A stretch of 53,290 nucleotides of DNA, taken from the UHGV virus genome UHGV-0119950. One strand, written 5' to 3'. This DNA is from a virus. Below are positions 17,083 to 25,911 of this stretch, in pieces. The position numbers were made by a program, and so were the translations under genes. Below the pieces are notes generated by a model, which made no database searches, had not been told where the DNA came from, and saw only the letters and a list, made by a program, of their open reading frames with translations. Position 1 is the first letter of the stretch; the number at the start of each line of letters is the position of its first letter.

Positions 17083-19160
17083 GAAATAGCGAAATCATTG
17101 TTGATAATTTTGCTGGTGGCGGCGGTGCTTCCACTGGAATTGAGATGGCGACTGGCCGCAGCGTGGACATTGCGATTAACCACGATCCGAATGCCGTTGC
17201 GATGCACACGACAAACCACCCCAATACACTGCATTATTGCGAATCTGTCTACGATGTCAGGCCGAAGGTAGCGACCGCCGGGCGTCCGGTGGCGCTGGCG
17301 TGGTTCTCGCCGGATTGCCGTCACTTTTCAAAAGCCAAAGGTGCGAAGCCGGTAGAGAAAGCGATCCGGGGTCTGGCCTGGGTAGTTCTGCGCTGGGGGC
17401 TGGATGTAAAACCCCGGGTGATGAAACTGGAGAACGTCGAAGAATTTAAAACGTGGGGCCCTTTGCTCGCTGGTGAAATGAGGCCAGACCCGGCCCGTGC
17501 TGGAGAAAATTTTGAGGCGTTCATTGGTATGCTGACTACTGGCATCCGGGCTGACCACCCGGCACTGGCGGAGTGCTGTGAATTTCTGGGTATTTCTCTT
17601 GATAGTGAAGACGCCGCGAGGCTGATCAAAGGGCTGGGCTACATCGTCGAGTATCGCGAGTTGCGCGCCTGCGACTACGGTGCGCCGACGATCCGCAAGC
17701 GATTCTTTATGATTATGCGTTGTGACGGGAAACCGATTGTGTGGCCTGAGCCAACACATGGCGATCCGAAATCACCGGCTGTCCAGGCTGGTAAGCTGGC
17801 ACCGTGGCGCACAGCTGCGGAGTGCATAGACTGGACAATTCCGGCTCCATCGATATTCGATCGCAAAAAGCCGCTGGCAGAAAATACCCTTAAGCGCATC
17901 GCGCGCGGCATCCAGCGATTTGTTATCGACAGTGCGTCGCCGTTTATCGTGAAGTGCAACCACACCAGCAGCCGTTCAAGTTATGATTGTTTCCGTGGGC
18001 AGCCACTGGAAGAACCCCTGCAAACGATCACGAAAAAGCATGGTTACGCCGTCGCAGTACCACATCTGACGAAGTTCCGTACCGGCGCAACCGGGCAGGA
18101 AGTCACCGAACCTGTACCGACTGTAACAGCTGGCACGTCGGCGCGCCCGGGTGGGAATGGTCATGCGCTTGGTATCGTTGAAGCTGCGCTGACTCCGTTC
18201 CTGGCTGGTAATGGCGGCAGTGAGTACCAGGCTAAGCCGCGCCCGCTGGATAAACCAGCTCACACTATACTGAAACAATCCCGGGCATGTGTCGTTGCGC
18301 CGGTTATCGCCCGACAGTTTGGCGCCAGCACCGGCCACCGCGCAGATGAGCCGAACGCGACTATTACCGCTGGTGGCGGCGGTAAATCGCAACTTGTTAC
18401 ATCGACACTGATCCAGATGGGATACGGGGAAAGGCCAGGTCAGGAACCTCGCGTTCTCCAGATCGAAAAACCGTTAGGGACAGTAACCGCTGGTGGAAAC
18501 AAGTTCGCCGTGGCCAGCGCATTTCTGGCGAAGCACTACGGCGGCAACTATACGGGACCGGGCGTCGGGCTGGATGAGCCGACTCACTCAGTTACGACGG
18601 TTGATCATCATGCGGTTGTTGCGGCACATCTAATGGTGAACAACACCGGGCATCCTGGCGGCTCCGTGGACTCTCCAGCGCATACCGTTACAACAGGAAA
18701 TCACCATGCTGTAGTGACTTCTCATCTTGTGCATTTGCGAGGGTTCTGCAAAGACGGTCAAAAAATGGATCAGCCGGTGCCAACGATTACCGCCGGAGGC
18801 CAGCATGTTGGGGAGGTGAAAACCACTCTGGCAGTTGAGCACTACAACGAACAGCGCGCGCAACAGACGTTGGCGTTCCTGCGTGAATATTGCGGCGAAG
18901 ATTGTACCGGGCTGGTGGATATCGACGGGATCACATATCGTATTGTTGATATCGGAATGCGCATGCTGCAACCGCATGAGCTTTACCGCGCGCAGGGCTT
19001 CCCGGACTGGTACATCATCGATCGGGATTATCGCGGCGTGAAGTATGCAAAGGATAAGCAGGTTGCCCGCTGCGGTAATGCTGTGCCGCCACCGTTCGCC
19101 GAGGCTCTGGTAAGGGCCAATTTACCCGAACTTTGCCAGCCGAAAGAAATGGCAGCGTAA
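17079..19160 (+). CDS. DNA (cytosine-5) methyltransferase with eight tandem repeats in the variable region
   Basis: Motif I DNFAGGGG, motif IV SPDCRHFS (Cys present, PDC not PCQ), motif VI LENVEEF, motif IX QGFPDWY, motif X CGNAV; GTG at 17079 with GGAG upstream chosen over track start 17004. Confidence 0.8.
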   Translation: MRNSEIIVDNFAGGGGASTGIEMATGRSVDIAINHDPNAVAMHTTNHPNTLHYCESVYDVRPKVATAGRPVALAWFSPDCRHFSKAKGAKPVEKAIRGLAWVVLRWGLDVKPRVMKLENVEEFKTWGPLLAGEMRPDPARAGENFEAFIGMLTTGIRADHPALAECCEFLGISLDSEDAARLIKGLGYIVEYRELRACDYGAPTIRKRFFMIMRCDGKPIVWPEPTHGDPKSPAVQAGKLAPWRTAAECIDWTIPAPSIFDRKKPLAENTLKRIARGIQRFVIDSASPFIVKCNHTSSRSSYDCFRGQPLEEPLQTITKKHGYAVAVPHLTKFRTGATGQEVTEPVPTVTAGTSARPGGNGHALGIVEAALTPFLAGNGGSEYQAKPRPLDKPAHTILKQSRACVVAPVIARQFGASTGHRADEPNATITAGGGGKSQLVTSTLIQMGYGERPGQEPRVLQIEKPLGTVTAGGNKFAVASAFLAKHYGGNYTGPGVGLDEPTHSVTTVDHHAVVAAHLMVNNTGHPGGSVDSPAHTVTTGNHHAVVTSHLVHLRGFCKDGQKMDQPVPTITAGGQHVGEVKTTLAVEHYNEQRAQQTLAFLREYCGEDCTGLVDIDGITYRIVDIGMRMLQPHELYRAQGFPDWYIIDRDYRGVKYAKDKQVARCGNAVPPPFAEALVRANLPELCQPKEMAA

Positions 19161-19166
19161 TGTATA

Positions 19167-19200
19167 ATCCCTCTCAAAGCATCGAGAGGGATTCGTTTTT
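19167..19200 (+). terminator. rho-independent terminator after methyltransferase
   Basis: Stem ATCCCTCTC / GAGAGGGAT with 8-nt loop, followed by T-run. Confidence 0.5.
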
Positions 19201-19377
19201 CTTCGGTATCTCGCGCTGCGGACTGTAGAGTTTCCCGTTAATAACTATCCAGCTACCCTTAATCCACTTCGTGACCTGCTGTCGATTAACGCCCATATGT
19301 CTGGCGAACTCTGATTGATTTCCCTGGTGGTGAATAGCAATGTAATCGGTCAAGGTAAGAGCATTCATGTTATTCAC
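19174..19377 (-). CDS. Cro-like HTH DNA-binding protein
   Basis: 67 aa; HTH (QSEFARHMGVNRQQVTKWIKG); start overlaps stop of upstream acidic-protein gene. Confidence 0.5.
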   Translation of the reverse strand: MNNMNALTLTDYIAIHHQGNQSEFARHMGVNRQQVTKWIKGSWIVINGKLYSPQREIPKKNESLSML

Positions 19378-19840
19378 CTTTTACAGCAGGGTTGACGATC
19401 AGATAGCTGGTACCGTGCTCGTCTTCCATTTCTACAGCGTCGAAACCAAGATGGGCGGCAGCGCGACCTCTCAGGCGCTGCATTTCCCAACTAGCTGCTG
19501 CAAACTCATCCGCTGAATCAGTCCGAGGTGACAGAATATCAGCAAACGCGTCGTCACACTCATCGTCAGCCAGTGCGTATGCCAGCGCTTCCAGTTGTTC
19601 TTCGTCTGCTTCAACTTCACTACGCAGGAAACTTATGACATCAGCGATACGGTCGTGTAAGTCTCCATTATCTGCGATGATTTCAACGTTGTAGCTGTAA
19701 ACAAAATTACCGTGAGAGCCTGCAACATCGAAATCTGAGCAAGCAAAGATACCATCAAAAATATTGTCACCAGACATTGCGAAAGCGCCAACTTTGATTA
19801 CTGGAGCGGTGTTTTCGTATGAGCCGTGAAACAGTTTCAT
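19370..19840 (-). CDS. hypothetical strongly acidic protein
   Basis: 156 aa; long acidic stretch (EVEADEEQLEALAYALADDECDDAFADIL); co-oriented with downstream HTH gene. Confidence 0.5.
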   Translation of the reverse strand: MKLFHGSYENTAPVIKVGAFAMSGDNIFDGIFACSDFDVAGSHGNFVYSYNVEIIADNGDLHDRIADVISFLRSEVEADEEQLEALAYALADDECDDAFADILSPRTDSADEFAAASWEMQRLRGRAAAHLGFDAVEMEDEHGTSYLIVNPAVKGE

Positions 19841-19873
19841 GATGATTGTCCATTTTGTTTGTGTAAGTGTATT

Positions 19874-19893
19874 GTAATCAATAAATGATTACA
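19874..19893. promoter_or_regulatory. perfect inverted repeat, candidate operator
   Basis: TGTAATCA-ATA-TGATTACA (8-bp arms, 4-nt spacer) about 35 bp upstream of the acidic-protein gene start. Confidence 0.4.
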
Positions 19894-20072
19894 TTCAAGT
19901 GACTTTTATCACGGATCGGAAAGACATTGGTACGTGTATAATGATAAAAAATGAATACCGTAGGGGATTGCATGTCAGACTGGAATATCGCAGCAAAATA
20001 GAAAGAAGAGCAGGACAAGGTTAATGTTGATCTGGCCGCCAGCGGCGTTGCGTATAAAGAGCGCCTGAACAT

Positions 20073-20231
20073 GCCGGTTGTTGCTGAAGTGGTGATGCGT
20101 GAGCAGCCGGAGCACTTGCGCGACTATTTCATTGAGCGCGTCAGATACTATCGTGAGCAAAGCCTGAAGCTACCGAAATCATCCGATCCGCGCTACATCG
20201 AAATGGCTGAGCAGAACGCCAAAAAGTAACT
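20073..20231 (+). CDS. hypothetical small protein (52 aa)
   Basis: Not in ORF track; short ORF ([30 protein letters not shown]...) ending just before a strong terminator; coding status uncertain. Confidence 0.25.
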
Positions 20232-20248
20232 GAACATGGAATGAACTC

Positions 20249-20271
20249 AACCCGCTTCGGCGGGTTTTTTT
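20249..20271 (+). terminator. rho-independent terminator
   Basis: AACCCGCTTCGGCGGGTT hairpin followed by TTTTTTT. Confidence 0.6.
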
Positions 20272-20342
20272 ACGCCTGAAATTTGTGTCTACGGGTTAAC
20301 AATTCGTGCTCTTAAAACGTTGATCATTTCGTTTTATAGGTA

Positions 20343-20362
20343 TACTGTATAAAAATACAGTA
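20343..20362. promoter_or_regulatory. LexA box (SOS operator)
   Basis: TACTGTATAAAAATACAGTA, exact CTGT-N8-ACAG palindrome, about 20 bp upstream of dinI-like start. Confidence 0.75.
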
Positions 20363-20380
20363 TACGCAATGGAGGCCACT

Positions 20381-20614
20381 ATGAAAGTTGAGTTAACTAT
20401 TGATCGAACAAAGAAACTTCCTGATGGTGCAGTGCCAGCACTTGAAAAAGAATTGCTTAAACGACTGAATAATCAGTATGAGAATTGCAGCCTGACAATC
20501 CGTCGCGCCGGATCAGATGGACTGAGCGTTTTCGGTGGCGATAAGGACGATAAAAAGAAAATTGAAAAGATCCTCCAGGAGACCTGGGAAAGCGCTGACG
20601 ACTGGTTTTACTAA
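20381..20614 (+). CDS. dinI: DinI-family protein
   Basis: MKVELTIDRTKKLP...KIEKILQETWESADDWFY matches E. coli DinI as I recall it (C-terminal ILQETWESADDWF); RBS GGAGG; LexA box upstream. Confidence 0.8.
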   Translation: MKVELTIDRTKKLPDGAVPALEKELLKRLNNQYENCSLTIRRAGSDGLSVFGGDKDDKKKIEKILQETWESADDWFY

Positions 20615-20730
20615 CATTGCGCTTGGGGCTGGCGCGCATTTTTCAGAATACCGCAATTTGCGTATCCCTTTGATGCTGCTGCCGACAATTTTTAACCGCG
20701 TCTGTATGTCGCTCGAAGGGAGAACAGAAT

Positions 20731-20979
20731 GTGAGTAATTCAGCTTTGCAAACGTCAGAAGATAACTGGTATGACATTGTAAGACGGTCTGACGGCTGCG
20801 TGGTGTTTAGCTTTCCTTCGTCGGGCAGGCATCTTATCTATCGCGTCAATGGCATGGTTTCCATGCGGCCTTTGCTGGATGATGAAGAAGTCTTTACTCC
20901 CAATGGCTTTATGCAATTTATTCGCCGTCTCGGCTACCGGGTAACGCCGCCTTCTGATAATATGAAATCAACGGTCTGA
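20731..20979 (+). CDS. hypothetical protein
   Basis: 82 aa, GTG start with RBS AAGGGAG. Confidence 0.4.
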   Translation: MSNSALQTSEDNWYDIVRRSDGCVVFSFPSSGRHLIYRVNGMVSMRPLLDDEEVFTPNGFMQFIRRLGYRVTPPSDNMKSTV

Positions 20980-21016
20980 ACAGCCGTTAACCTGCTGCGC
21001 CACGGAGTGAACAACC

Positions 21017-21616
21017 ATGGCGCAATTACAACTCATTAAGCAGTCAACAGGAATCCTGATCCCCGCGACGCCGGAGACCAGTGATTTTCTGCAATCAAAA
21101 TGCAAGCTCGGCTCCGTTCTGGTTGCCGACTTTAAGCTTGTCCGCAATCCGGCGTTTCATCGCCGTTTCTTTGCGCTCCTGAATCTTGGATTCGAATACT
21201 GGGAACCAACGGGCGGCGCCATATCAGCTAACGAGCGAAAACTGGTGAATGGTTACGCCAGATTCCTGGCATCGTATGGCGGGAATGAAGGGGCGTTGCT
21301 GGATGCTGCTGAGCAGTATCTGGAGCAGATCGCCAGTCGCCGTATCACGAACGGAATCAGCCTGTGTAAATCCTTTGATGCATACCGCGCCTGGGTAACT
21401 GTCGAGGCCGGTCACTTTGACGCCATCCAGTTACCAGATGGCACGCTCCGCAAACACCCTCGCAGCATCGCGTTCTCCAGTATGGACGAAACCGAATTCC
21501 AGCATCTCTATAAGGCCGCGCTCGATGTCCTGTGGCGCTGGATATTGTCCCGTACCTTCAACAGCAGGGAAGAGGCTGAGAACGCCGCCGCCCAGCTCAT
21601 GAGCTTTGCGGGGTAA
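21017..21616 (+). CDS. hypothetical nin-region-like protein (possibly DUF1367/YbcN-like)
   Basis: 199 aa ORF upstream of ybcO-like and rusA; family call from memory, not verified. Confidence 0.4.
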   Translation: MAQLQLIKQSTGILIPATPETSDFLQSKCKLGSVLVADFKLVRNPAFHRRFFALLNLGFEYWEPTGGAISANERKLVNGYARFLASYGGNEGALLDAAEQYLEQIASRRITNGISLCKSFDAYRAWVTVEAGHFDAIQLPDGTLRKHPRSIAFSSMDETEFQHLYKAALDVLWRWILSRTFNSREEAENAAAQLMSFAG

Positions 21617-21822
21617 TGGCGATGAAGTATTCATATTTTCATCACACGGAATGCACCACCGAGCAGGCAGAGCGCCTGATTGCCGATTATCAGTCTCGCG
21701 GCGTCAGAGCCCAAAAGAGCCTCAATCCTGATTTCCTGACCTGGACAGTCAGCGCGAAATTACAAGAGTGCGAACGTCCGGCGCGGACGCCGAGAACCTT
21801 CCGACAAAAAGGATGGGGGTGA
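21616..21822 (+). CDS. hypothetical small protein
   Basis: 68 aa; ATG overlaps upstream stop (TAATG). Confidence 0.35.
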   Translation: MAMKYSYFHHTECTTEQAERLIADYQSRGVRAQKSLNPDFLTWTVSAKLQECERPARTPRTFRQKGWG

Positions 21823-21824
21823 GC

Positions 21825-22115
21825 ATGGCTAACCTTCGAAAAGCTGCGCGTGGACGGGAATGCCAGGTGCGTATTCCGGGAGTATGCAACGGCAACCCCG
21901 AGACATCTGTGCTGGCCCATATCCGCATCGCTGGGTTATGTGGCACCGGCATCAAACCGCCAGACCTTATCGCGACTATCGCATGCTCATCATGCCATGA
22001 CGAGATTGATCGCCGAACTCATCTGGTTGATGCGGAATATGCGAAGGAGTGCGCGCTGGAGGGGATGGCCCGAACTCAGGTTATCTGGTTGAAGGAGGGT
22101 CTCATAAAATCATGA
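21825..22115 (+). CDS. ybcO: YbcO-like (DUF1364) Cys-rich putative nuclease
   Basis: MANLRKAARGRECQVRIPGVCNGNPETSVLAH...CSSCHDEIDRR resembles E. coli DLP12 YbcO as I recall it; sits upstream of rusA as in DLP12. Confidence 0.6.
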   Translation: MANLRKAARGRECQVRIPGVCNGNPETSVLAHIRIAGLCGTGIKPPDLIATIACSSCHDEIDRRTHLVDAEYAKECALEGMARTQVIWLKEGLIKS

Positions 22116-22468
22116 CAGTCTACGACATCACGCCGATCGGCAAGCCCAGAATGACTCAGCGCGACAGATGGCACAAACGGCCAGCGACAGAGGCGTACTG
22201 GTCATACAAATCGCAGGTGCGTCTGCTGGGCATCGAGTTACCGGAAGCCGGTTATCACATCACATTTGTTATCCCTATGCCTCGAAGCTGGAGCAAGAAG
22301 AAGCGCGCACAACACGCCGGGCAGCCACATCAGCAGAAGCCAGACAAAGACAATCTGGAAAAGGCGCTGCTGGATGCAGTGTTTGATGAAGATAGTCACG
22401 TCTGGGATGGCCGGGTAACAAAAATCTGGGGCGAGAGAGGGCAGATCATCATCGAGGAGGCAAAGTGA
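22112..22468 (+). CDS. rusA: Holliday junction resolvase RusA
   Basis: MTVYDITPIGKPRMTQRDRW...IPMPRSWSKKKR pattern typical of RusA; ATG overlaps ybcO-like stop. Confidence 0.8.
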   Translation: MTVYDITPIGKPRMTQRDRWHKRPATEAYWSYKSQVRLLGIELPEAGYHITFVIPMPRSWSKKKRAQHAGQPHQQKPDKDNLEKALLDAVFDEDSHVWDGRVTKIWGERGQIIIEEAK

Positions 22469-22600
22469 AGCCTGAGGTTATTGAGTCTCTTCGCTGGCGC
22501 TGGCTGCGTCTCCGCATTTATCGCTACCGGGGATCTTTTCCTGTGGCATACCGCATCCTTCGCAATTACATCCGCATTGAAGAAAAACGGGAGCATCAAA

Positions 22601-23407
22601 ATGAATCTTGAGTCCTTACCAAAATATTTTTCGCCTAAATCCATGATGCTCGGCGCTGTTCCATGCGGAATTTCAGCAGACACGCTGACTATTACTGACG
22701 TAATGGCATCCCTCGGGCTACTTACTGCAAAAGCAGCGGTGGGTATTGAATTGTATCTGGCAAAAGCCGGGGTTTTATCCTCAGACAATATCATTGCCTA
22801 CATTAAGAAGCTGGCAGAGCAACGAGCAGAACGCCACGGAAAACTCAAAAAAATGGAAGAGAATGAGCGCTCAAAATTTCTCGATACTATGGCGCGTTAT
22901 GTGTTTCGCGATTATTCCCTCAGTGCGGCCAGTCTGATCACTTGCCCGGATTGCCACGGACAGAAGTTTATTGATGCTGAGGTTTTCACGAACAAGGTTA
23001 CTTTCCCGGATGGTAAGCCACCAAAATGGGTAAAAGATACGAAAGGTATTTCTCCGTCAGACTGGGAGGTGTGGAAATCAGTACGTGAGCAAGTGCGCGT
23101 CGTGTGTAAGACGTGCGATGGTAAAGGCCATGTGAAAAACGAATGCCGTTGCCGGGGGCGCGGAGAAATTCTCGATAAGAAAAAATCAGAGTTGCAGGGC
23201 GTTCCGGTTTATAAAAAATGCCCGAGATGCAAGGGAAGAGGTCACCCACGCCTCAAAGATACCGAGATTTTTAAAGCGCTGGGAATAACGGAAATGGTAT
23301 GGCGGTACAACTATAAACAGTTTTTCGATCGGCTGGTGGAGCATTGCCATATTGAGGAATCGTATGCAGAAAAGGTTCTGGGAAACGTGACCCGATGGCC
23401 AGCATAA
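22601..23407 (+). CDS. late antiterminator Q (phage 82 type)
   Basis: From internal ATG MNLESLPKYFSPKS; resembles Q82 as I recall it (MRLESVAKFHSPKS, CRDCHGTG, CGRCKG, QCHKEESIAD...NAVTR); located just before lysis genes. Confidence 0.7.
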   Translation: MNLESLPKYFSPKSMMLGAVPCGISADTLTITDVMASLGLLTAKAAVGIELYLAKAGVLSSDNIIAYIKKLAEQRAERHGKLKKMEENERSKFLDTMARYVFRDYSLSAASLITCPDCHGQKFIDAEVFTNKVTFPDGKPPKWVKDTKGISPSDWEVWKSVREQVRVVCKTCDGKGHVKNECRCRGRGEILDKKKSELQGVPVYKKCPRCKGRGHPRLKDTEIFKALGITEMVWRYNYKQFFDRLVEHCHIEESYAEKVLGNVTRWPA

Positions 23408-23494
23408 TTTAGCTATTGCAAAATTAACGGAAAATGGCTAACCTGATTCCAACGATGGGTTGTTACGCCTGTGACGTTATAAGAATTAAAAAAA

Positions 23495-23518
23495 CCTCGC
23501 TTCGGCGGGGTTTTCTTT
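23495..23518 (+). terminator. candidate tR'-like terminator downstream of Q
   Basis: CCTCGCTTCGGCGGGG hairpin followed by TTTTCTTTT, about 90 bp after Q stop. Confidence 0.45.
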
Positions 23519-23992
23519 TATGGATTACCGACGCCAATAAGACAAAGTGCGGGGAGTGTTGCGGAGCCTACATGTTCCAGCCGACCGCAAAAGCTCACAT
23601 GGGCAGGACCACAATCTGATACCGCGATAGCTTTTGCTGATTGCGCCGGAGCGGTAACCGGCAACAATTTTAAGCCTCGGTGATTGCCGGGGCTTTTTGC
23701 TTTTTAAACACAATGGAAAGCCTTCTTTCATGCCCTGCTTAGGCGCAACACTAAGTATTCGGGAGGGCTGGCTTCCCATTGTGGTGAATGCGCAGGCTGA
23801 TGCGCTAAGCGGCAAAATAATCGGGATGAGACAGGCCACCTATCCGCTGTTTTTCCAGCTTTGACTGGTAACACTCTAAACAAGCCGGAGATCAGCACCG
23901 GCCACCACAATCATTTTTAAGGCTGCCACTCGGCGGCCCTTTTTTATTTCCCCTCGTACTGAGAGGACTCACAGCAATTAAGAGGGGGCTAA

Positions 23993-24385
23993 ATGTCCGA
24001 TCCTGTAACTGGCACCGGTGCTGTACTCAGCGGAGGTCTGTTGGGCTCCGTTGCATATGGCGTATTTACTCACACCGATTTTGGCGTCGTTTTTGGCGCG
24101 TTTGGCGGCGCCGTATTTTACGTCGCAACTGCGGCTAACCTGACCCGAATTCGCCTTACCGCATATTTTTTGACGTCCTTTATCGTTGGGGTGCTCGGCG
24201 CGGGGTTAGTGGGTTCGAAACTTTCAGCCTGGACGGGGTACAGTGACCGGCCACTTGATGCGCTTGGCGCCGTGATTATGTCTGCCATCACCATAAAAGT
24301 GCTGACGTTCATCAACGGCCAGGATCTGAACAGTTTGTTCGGTATGCTTTCGCGGCTTCGCGGAGGAGGGGGAAATGGTAAGTGA
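23993..24385 (+). CDS. holin
   Basis: 130 aa, Gly-rich with several predicted transmembrane stretches; first gene of lysis cassette. Confidence 0.6.
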   Translation: MSDPVTGTGAVLSGGLLGSVAYGVFTHTDFGVVFGAFGGAVFYVATAANLTRIRLTAYFLTSFIVGVLGAGLVGSKLSAWTGYSDRPLDALGAVIMSAITIKVLTFINGQDLNSLFGMLSRLRGGGGNGK

Positions 24386-24653
24386 CCCGACAGCACTGCT
24401 TAACTCGATCACCTGCGCGGTGATAGTTCTTGTTCTGATGTTCTACCAGCGTCGGGGTGCACGTCACCGGCCTTTCATTTCGTTTCTGGCATATCTGACC
24501 GTGCTGGTTTACGCCGCCATTCCTTTGAAGTTCATTTTCGGCCTGTATCACGATTCAAACTGGTTTGTGGTACTGGTGAATATTCTGATTTGCGTTGCAG
24601 TTCTCTGGGTTCGTGGAAACGTGGCTCGACTTATTGACATGCTGCATAAATAA
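24375..24653 (+). CDS. holin-associated membrane protein (second holin or antiholin)
   Basis: 92 aa with hydrophobic segments; overlaps holin stop. Confidence 0.45.
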   Translation: MVSDPTALLNSITCAVIVLVLMFYQRRGARHRPFISFLAYLTVLVYAAIPLKFIFGLYHDSNWFVVLVNILICVAVLWVRGNVARLIDMLHK

Positions 24654-24789
24654 AAGACGAGTTGCAGCGACATCACTACAACCCGCCAAAGGTCACCAAA
24701 AGGTATTAGGATAAATCTTAATTCTAATTATGTTTTAAATCACTTCTTAAAGCATCCTTAAATCTGGTAGTTCCTGTACGGATAATTTT

Positions 24790-25419
24790 ATGAATCAACA
24801 ACAATTTCAGCACGCGGTTGGTGTAAGCGCCGGATTAGCTGTGCGCTGGTTTTCGCACATCGATGCAGCAATGAAAGAATTTGGCATCACTGCGCCGCTC
24901 GACCAGGCGATGTTCATCGCGCAGATGGGGCATGAGTCCGGCGGGTATGAAAAGCTGGTGGAAAGTCTGAACTACGCAGCCGATCGTCTTGTTCCCGTAT
25001 TCGGCAAGCACCGTATCACGGCACAGCAGGCTGCCGCACTCGGCAGAACGGCAACGCAACCAGCTAATCAGAAAGCGATAGGCAATCTGGTTTACGGTGG
25101 TGAATGGGGTAAAAAGAACCTGGGCAATCAGGTCGCTGGTGACGGCTGGAAATATCGTGGGCGCGGGCTGAAGCAAATCACAGGGTTAAGCAACTATCGC
25201 AAATGCGGCATGGCGCTAAAACTGGATCTGGTCACGCAGCCGGAATTGCTGGAACAGGACGAAAATGCAGCGCGTTCCGCAGCGTGGTTCTTTGCCACCA
25301 GCGGATGCCTTGTGTATTCCGGCGATGTGGAACGTATCACGATCATCATCAATGGCGGTAAAAACGGTCTTGATGACCGCCGTCACCGTTTCAATCTGGC
25401 AAAAGCCGTGCTGGTGTGA
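24790..25419 (+). CDS. endolysin, glycoside hydrolase family 19 type
   Basis: 209 aa; FIAQMGHESGGY motif typical of GH19 phage lysins; between holin and spanin genes. Confidence 0.75.
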   Translation: MNQQQFQHAVGVSAGLAVRWFSHIDAAMKEFGITAPLDQAMFIAQMGHESGGYEKLVESLNYAADRLVPVFGKHRITAQQAAALGRTATQPANQKAIGNLVYGGEWGKKNLGNQVAGDGWKYRGRGLKQITGLSNYRKCGMALKLDLVTQPELLEQDENAARSAAWFFATSGCLVYSGDVERITIIINGGKNGLDDRRHRFNLAKAVLV

Positions 25420-25426
25420 GGCAGCT

Positions 25427-25696
25427 ATGGGAATTGAAATGATTATCGGCCTGGCCGCAGCGGTGATTGCCGCTATCGCTGGTGCTTTCGGTTTCGGCCA
25501 TGCGCGCGGCACCAGCAAAGCGGAAGCCAAAGCAGACAAGCAGCGCACAGAAGAGAACGCCGCAGCAACGGTAGCGGCAGCAGAGCGCCGGGTGGAAGTA
25601 ACGAAAGAGGCCAGTAATGTACAGCAGACTGTTAACCATATGCGTGGCGACGATGTTGATCGCGAGCTGCGCGACAACTGGACCCGCAAGGATTGA
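25427..25696 (+). CDS. i-spanin (Rz-like)
   Basis: N-terminal transmembrane helix (MIIGLAAAVIAAIAGAFGF) then charged helical region; immediately after endolysin. Confidence 0.6.
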   Translation: MGIEMIIGLAAAVIAAIAGAFGFGHARGTSKAEAKADKQRTEENAAATVAAAERRVEVTKEASNVQQTVNHMRGDDVDRELRDNWTRKD

Positions 25697-25847
25697 GGTA
25701 GTGGACACGGCCTGCGATTGGGTTAAGCCCATCTACGGCACGGCTCACGACTGGGATGTGCTGGACAAGCAGACGAAGCGCGACATCCTGGCGCATAACA
25801 AAACGTGGCAGGCGAACTGCCATAAGAAGCAAGCAATGAGTTTATAA
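25617..25847 (+). CDS. o-spanin (Rz1-like lipoprotein), overlapping Rz in another frame
   Basis: Signal peptide with lipobox LIASC; starts inside the Rz-like gene out of frame and extends past it. Confidence 0.55.
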   Translation: MYSRLLTICVATMLIASCATTGPARIEVVDTACDWVKPIYGTAHDWDVLDKQTKRDILAHNKTWQANCHKKQAMSL

Positions 25848-25911
25848 ATTAAAGATCTTCTACTTGTGTGCCGATTATGTTTCCATTCTTACTGTATGGA
25901 GATGGATGCAC

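Noticed and set aside
22481-22600. Upstream extension of the Q gene (track start 22481, MSLFAGAGCVS...)
   Set aside because: The Q82-like match begins at MNLESLPKYFSPKS (ATG 22601); the upstream 40 codons are low-complexity and unlike a Q N-terminus.
23408-23992. Possible tRNA genes between Q and the holin, as seen in some lambdoid phages
   Set aside because: No T-loop-like GGTTCGAATCC or cloverleaf-compatible segment found by eye; the only GTTCGAA is inside the holin coding sequence.
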